Virus record (IMG/VR): IMGVR_UViG_3300008120_000127
Origin: an uncultured virus (IMG/VR IMGVR_UViG_3300008120_000127)
Taxonomy: Duplodnaviria > Heunggongvirae > Uroviricota > Caudoviricetes
DNA: 20,000 nt
Reading direction: 5' to 3' (one strand)
Below, piece after piece: positions 16,727 through 20,000 of the stretch; positions within the stretch are counted from its first letter, which is position 1, and each line of letters begins with the position of its first letter. The position numbers were made by a program, and so were the translations under genes. The notes below the pieces were generated by a model that saw only the letters and a program-made list of their open reading frames with translations, had not been told where the DNA came from and searched no databases.

Positions 16727-19700
16727 TTAACTACCGATTCTTCTAGGAATCAAAGCCGATTCCTCTGCACTAATCACCGCATCGCCTTCTATTTGTAGCT
16801 GCTTTGCGTATACTGTAGCGAGATTATTTGTTACTAGTTCCCAGTTCAAGGTAACTGCATGTCCGTCTTCATAATACTCGTCCCAGAATATAGTAGGCCA
16901 CTCTCTTGTCTTATTGTAAGTAGCTTCTAGAACTTTATATTGAACTAAATCATTATATAGTTTATTTGTCTGCTGATTTGTTAATCCATATCTAACACTC
17001 GTATCAAGCAAGACGGATATTGGAGCAGTATAAACTAACCCTAATACGGACAATGCGCTCAATATAGATTCTTTTTTCACGAAAAGGGGAGAATCTTGAT
17101 ATATTGAATTAAAGAAAGAATCCTTAATTTTTTGCTCGGCTCCAGCACCAGTTTGGTTCCCTATAAAGCAGCTTTCTACAAAGTCCTTTGCCGACTGAAC
17201 TATCGACTCTGGCTGGTAATACCATACTGTTCCAAGAGTTCTCTTTGAGTCTGTAACATCTTTGGTATAATTAGCTACAGTATTTTGTTCAGCGCCAGCT
17301 TCAAAATCTGACTCAGATATAACAGAGCTGGACGCAGCGTTACTTATTCTTATTCTTAAAACAACCAATCTATTTTCCAATTTAGACTGAACAAATATTT
17401 TGGCTTTACCTCCAGGAGTAGTAATTGATGTCATTGTTGTTGAAGGGGTCGAAGAATCGCTATAACTTACTCCTAGATCACCATCATTTGAGGTAACGGT
17501 AAATGTATTTGTTTCGCCTGAGTTTATGCCATCAAATCTTACGGTAAATGTTGCACCAGAGATAACATCTTCTACATCAAACGTGTCACCATCTTTGAAT
17601 TTAGTTATCTTAGCGATAACGCTAAATAATGATGGCTGTAAATCAGTTCTATCTGGCCCCAAGCCACTCAACTGCAACACCCTTGCATGAACAAGAGCAT
17701 TTTCATAGTCTATGTATCTAACTAGATCTGTTATCTGCTTTTCTTGCCAGCCAAGACTCTTAAGGAGATCATCACTTCTAACAAAAACATTTCCTTCTGG
17801 AGTTCTAACCTTAGTTCTTGCGCCGAGAAGTCCAGGTAGCAATACTTTAGAGTGGTGCTTGCCAACGACCATTCCCTGATTGTAGGATAAGCCTGCATCC
17901 ATTGGTTGACCATTTTTATTTAGGTATTGGACATAGCAGCCGTGTTGATCTAGCACATTATCCCTAATCCATTTCCATCCCTTCCATGCCAATTGGCCAA
18001 CTATCGGTACCGACAAAGCAATTCCGAAACCGGCTGCACCAGTTGCTCCAGCTCCCGCCGCCGCAGCGGCAACGCCTACGCCACCAGTTAGCGCCGTTGT
18101 CATTCCCTGAAAAACTGTTCTACTCGCAGAAGAACCATATTGTTGAATGACAGTTTCTGCTCTTTTTGGAAGAGTCGTAGCAGTTTGATTTGCCATTACA
18201 TCTTTAACTAAAGCCGTAGATCCGTGAGTAAACTGCAGACCGCCAATCATTTGTGGGCCTAAAGCGTCTGATAGTCCATCTATAGATATATTTCCTCCTA
18301 CATTTATTCCAGTATTTGAGGCCATTATATTATCCATGTAGAAACGTGTATCATTTCTAAGATTTTGCACAGTGAACCAAGAGTTGATCCAAGAAGTCAA
18401 GAACCATCTAGCGGGATCATTTACGGTCACAAGCGCATTCGGAGTAATTGATGTAATGTATCCCATTTCGGGAGTAAAATGATGGACAACTTGCTCTACC
18501 TCAAAAATTCCATACATTCTTTCGTAAACATCTGACAAATAAACCAAGTCATGCGGACGAATATCTGCATTACCTATAACTATGAGCTCTCCACCATATA
18601 TATCTTTGATGGATTCCTTCAAGTGAGCTAAGGCTATTCTTTTTGCGGAAAGTTCATCAGGTGTTCCTTGAACATTCTTCGCAATTCCTCTAATCGTTTC
18701 CATTGGATGCATGATTGGATGAAGTACGCCCAAGAAACCTGATCCTACAAAATTATCATAATACAAACCTGTTTCAACAGTTTTTTCAGTTTGACGCTCT
18801 GCTGGAGCACCTTTATCTAAAGCTACTGTAATTGGATATTTACCATCTGAAACTGCGGTAACTACGGTTGACACGCCATTCAAATTCTCTTGAATCTGAT
18901 TTGATATAATATGAGAAAATGAACTTAGATAATGGATTCTTTGGAAGGGCTGTCTGATTTCCAATACGGGTTCGCCATATTCGCGAGTAAACGGATTATC
19001 AACAGCCCTTAATAAGGTGCCCTCTCTTCCTAATGAATAATAAATAGAGTCATTCAGAACTTTGTTTAAAATATGTGCTTGCTTACTAAAATTGCCAACC
19101 TCTGAGATGGCATAACCCATTTGCATCATGGAAAGCTTGAACATTCCAAGAAGACCAGAAAGACCGTCACCTATTGCGGTCATAATTGGTCCGATATTTC
19201 TATCGTAGAAATTACCAATATCTTCAAGTGTTCCAGAAATAAATGTCGTAGCACCAGTTCCCTCAGATTTTGTTGAAACTAATAATTGAAGGAACTTATT
19301 GTCATCCTTAGCGTACTGGCTATATGGATTTATGAAAGCCTCAAATATCCTATCGATAGGTTTGAATGACCACTGACCGTCAGATCCTCCGCCTCCACTC
19401 GTAATTAAACCTCTTTTACGGTTAGGCTTCAAAACCAACCATGCTCTGCCATAGGCTGAGTTCCAAAGCTTTTGCCTAAATAAACCAACCATTAAAAGGA
19501 AAAGCTGTTTTGGAGTTTTAATTTTTTCATTTAGAGCAATGGCTTCTTCTGGTTTTTTGGAATTATCTAACGCGTATTCAAGAATTGTATTAATTACTGG
19601 AGAGTCAAAAAAGTTTTCTCTAATACCATTAAGTGCATCAGCAATTGTTGAGTTGAAGTATTGAATGATTCCGGCGTCTGACTCGTTTTCTGCGGCTATT

Positions 19701-20000
19701 AAATCTATATAATTTTTCCTTATAAACTCTACTGCTTTTCTTCTTTCAATTCCATTAGTTATGGGAACGCCTTGTCCACCTAGTTGTGGATTGTTCGGAA
19801 TATTAAAATAGTCAGCGCCCAGCAGGATTGCCAATTCATCGACAGCTGTATTTTCGGTATCAGCCAGTCCAGCAATGGGGATGTTTGAATCCTCAAAGTT
19901 TTTAAAACTATCCTCAATAGAAGATCCTAATATTCTAGAAAACTCTTCTGGGAAAGGATCAATGGACTCTGGATCCATTCCGTAAACTTTTGCAAATATT
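16727..20000 (-). CDS. Baseplate hub-like protein (gp27/GpD/VgrG-type) fused to a C-terminal thermonuclease (SNase) fold; 5'-partial
   Basis: The frame stays open beyond the listed Met to the window edge (IFAKVYG-MDP). Hub C-terminal barrel: GELIVIGNADIRPHDLVYL...GIFEVEQVVHHFT...GYITSIT. SNase motifs: KITKFKDGDTF, VRFDGINSGE, KRTLGTVW, NWELVTNNLATVY. Confidence 0.8.
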   Translation of the reverse strand, partial: IFAKVYGMDPESIDPFPEEFSRILGSSIEDSFKNFEDSNIPIAGLADTENTAVDELAILLGADYFNIPNNPQLGGQGVPITNGIERRKAVEFIRKNYIDLIAAENESDAGIIQYFNSTIADALNGIRENFFDSPVINTILEYALDNSKKPEEAIALNEKIKTPKQLFLLMVGLFRQKLWNSAYGRAWLVLKPNRKRGLITSGGGGSDGQWSFKPIDRIFEAFINPYSQYAKDDNKFLQLLVSTKSEGTGATTFISGTLEDIGNFYDRNIGPIMTAIGDGLSGLLGMFKLSMMQMGYAISEVGNFSKQAHILNKVLNDSIYYSLGREGTLLRAVDNPFTREYGEPVLEIRQPFQRIHYLSSFSHIISNQIQENLNGVSTVVTAVSDGKYPITVALDKGAPAERQTEKTVETGLYYDNFVGSGFLGVLHPIMHPMETIRGIAKNVQGTPDELSAKRIALAHLKESIKDIYGGELIVIGNADIRPHDLVYLSDVYERMYGIFEVEQVVHHFTPEMGYITSITPNALVTVNDPARWFLTSWINSWFTVQNLRNDTRFYMDNIMASNTGINVGGNISIDGLSDALGPQMIGGLQFTHGSTALVKDVMANQTATTLPKRAETVIQQYGSSASRTVFQGMTTALTGGVGVAAAAAGAGATGAAGFGIALSVPIVGQLAWKGWKWIRDNVLDQHGCYVQYLNKNGQPMDAGLSYNQGMVVGKHHSKVLLPGLLGARTKVRTPEGNVFVRSDDLLKSLGWQEKQITDLVRYIDYENALVHARVLQLSGLGPDRTDLQPSLFSVIAKITKFKDGDTFDVEDVISGATFTVRFDGINSGETNTFTVTSNDGDLGVSYSDSSTPSTTMTSITTPGGKAKIFVQSKLENRLVVLRIRISNAASSSVISESDFEAGAEQNTVANYTKDVTDSKRTLGTVWYYQPESIVQSAKDFVESCFIGNQTGAGAEQKIKDSFFNSIYQDSPLFVKKESILSALSVLGLVYTAPISVLLDTSVRYGLTNQQTNKLYNDLVQYKVLEATYNKTREWPTIFWDEYYEDGHAVTLNWELVTNNLATVYAKQLQIEGDAVISAEESALIPRRIGS
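16810..17620 (-). other. Staphylococcal-nuclease-like (SNase OB-fold) domain with large insertions
   Basis: All four ordered SNase blocks are present: DGDT; R-x-x-GI-[D/N]-x-x-E; R-T-L-[G/A]-x-V; N-x-x-LV-x-x-x-LA-x-V-Y. Confidence 0.8.

Larger units (their letters stand above)
1..20000 (-). mobile_element. Baseplate/tail-tip gene module of a large contractile-tailed phage (or phage-derived injection system)
   Basis: Eleven co-directional, abutting or overlapping genes. The order hub, lysin, spike, gp25-like, baseplate J-like, large structural proteins is typical of myovirus baseplates. No housekeeping genes are present. Confidence 0.9.

Noticed and set aside
16715..16729. In-frame readthrough from the hub-nuclease gene into the lysin gene
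   Set aside because: There are two in-frame stops (TAA GGA TAA ATT ATG), and the lysin has its own AAGGA RBS.
78..17913. Short plus-strand ORFs in the track (65-151 aa) and the 60 aa minus-strand ORF 17731-17913
   Set aside because: All lie within long minus-strand genes, have no recognisable motifs, and read as antisense or alternate-frame shadows.
1..20000. CRISPR array, tRNAs, DGR template/variable repeats, or bona fide T6SS locus
   Set aside because: There is no non-coding space, no long nucleotide repeat seen by eye, no reverse transcriptase and no Tss membrane-complex genes. The wedge genes are phage-type.

Overview
AT-rich, almost 100% coding window. It holds one continuous minus-strand operon of 11 genes (both end genes are cut by the window edges) and looks like the baseplate/tail-tip module of a large contractile-tailed (myovirus-like) phage or a related injection system. 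In transcription order: (1) a >1090 aa gp27/GpD-like hub with a Gly/Ala hydrophobic segment and a C-terminal staphylococcal-nuclease (SNase) fold; (2) a 728 aa two-domain wall hydrolase (M15-like Zn-peptidase plus SLT/lysozyme-like); (3) a stand-alone spike OB-fold gene; (4) a beta-rich spike-like gene; (5) gp25-like wedge; (6) baseplate J-like; (7-11) five large virion proteins with jelly-roll, Ig-like, GATase-like and peptidoglycan-binding modules. The last of these (<1..1516) is missing from the ORF track. The most unusual signals are: the hub-membrane segment-nuclease fusion, which resembles an evolved VgrG; 15 copies of the tripeptide A-T-P confined to two adjacent ORFs that overlap at an RBS-less -1 junction and are probably one protein; and a PG-binding domain that seems split across two in-frame genes by a ~170-codon insertion. 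No RNA genes, CRISPR array, IS element or terminator was recognised. All family calls are by-eye motif recognition, not database searches.
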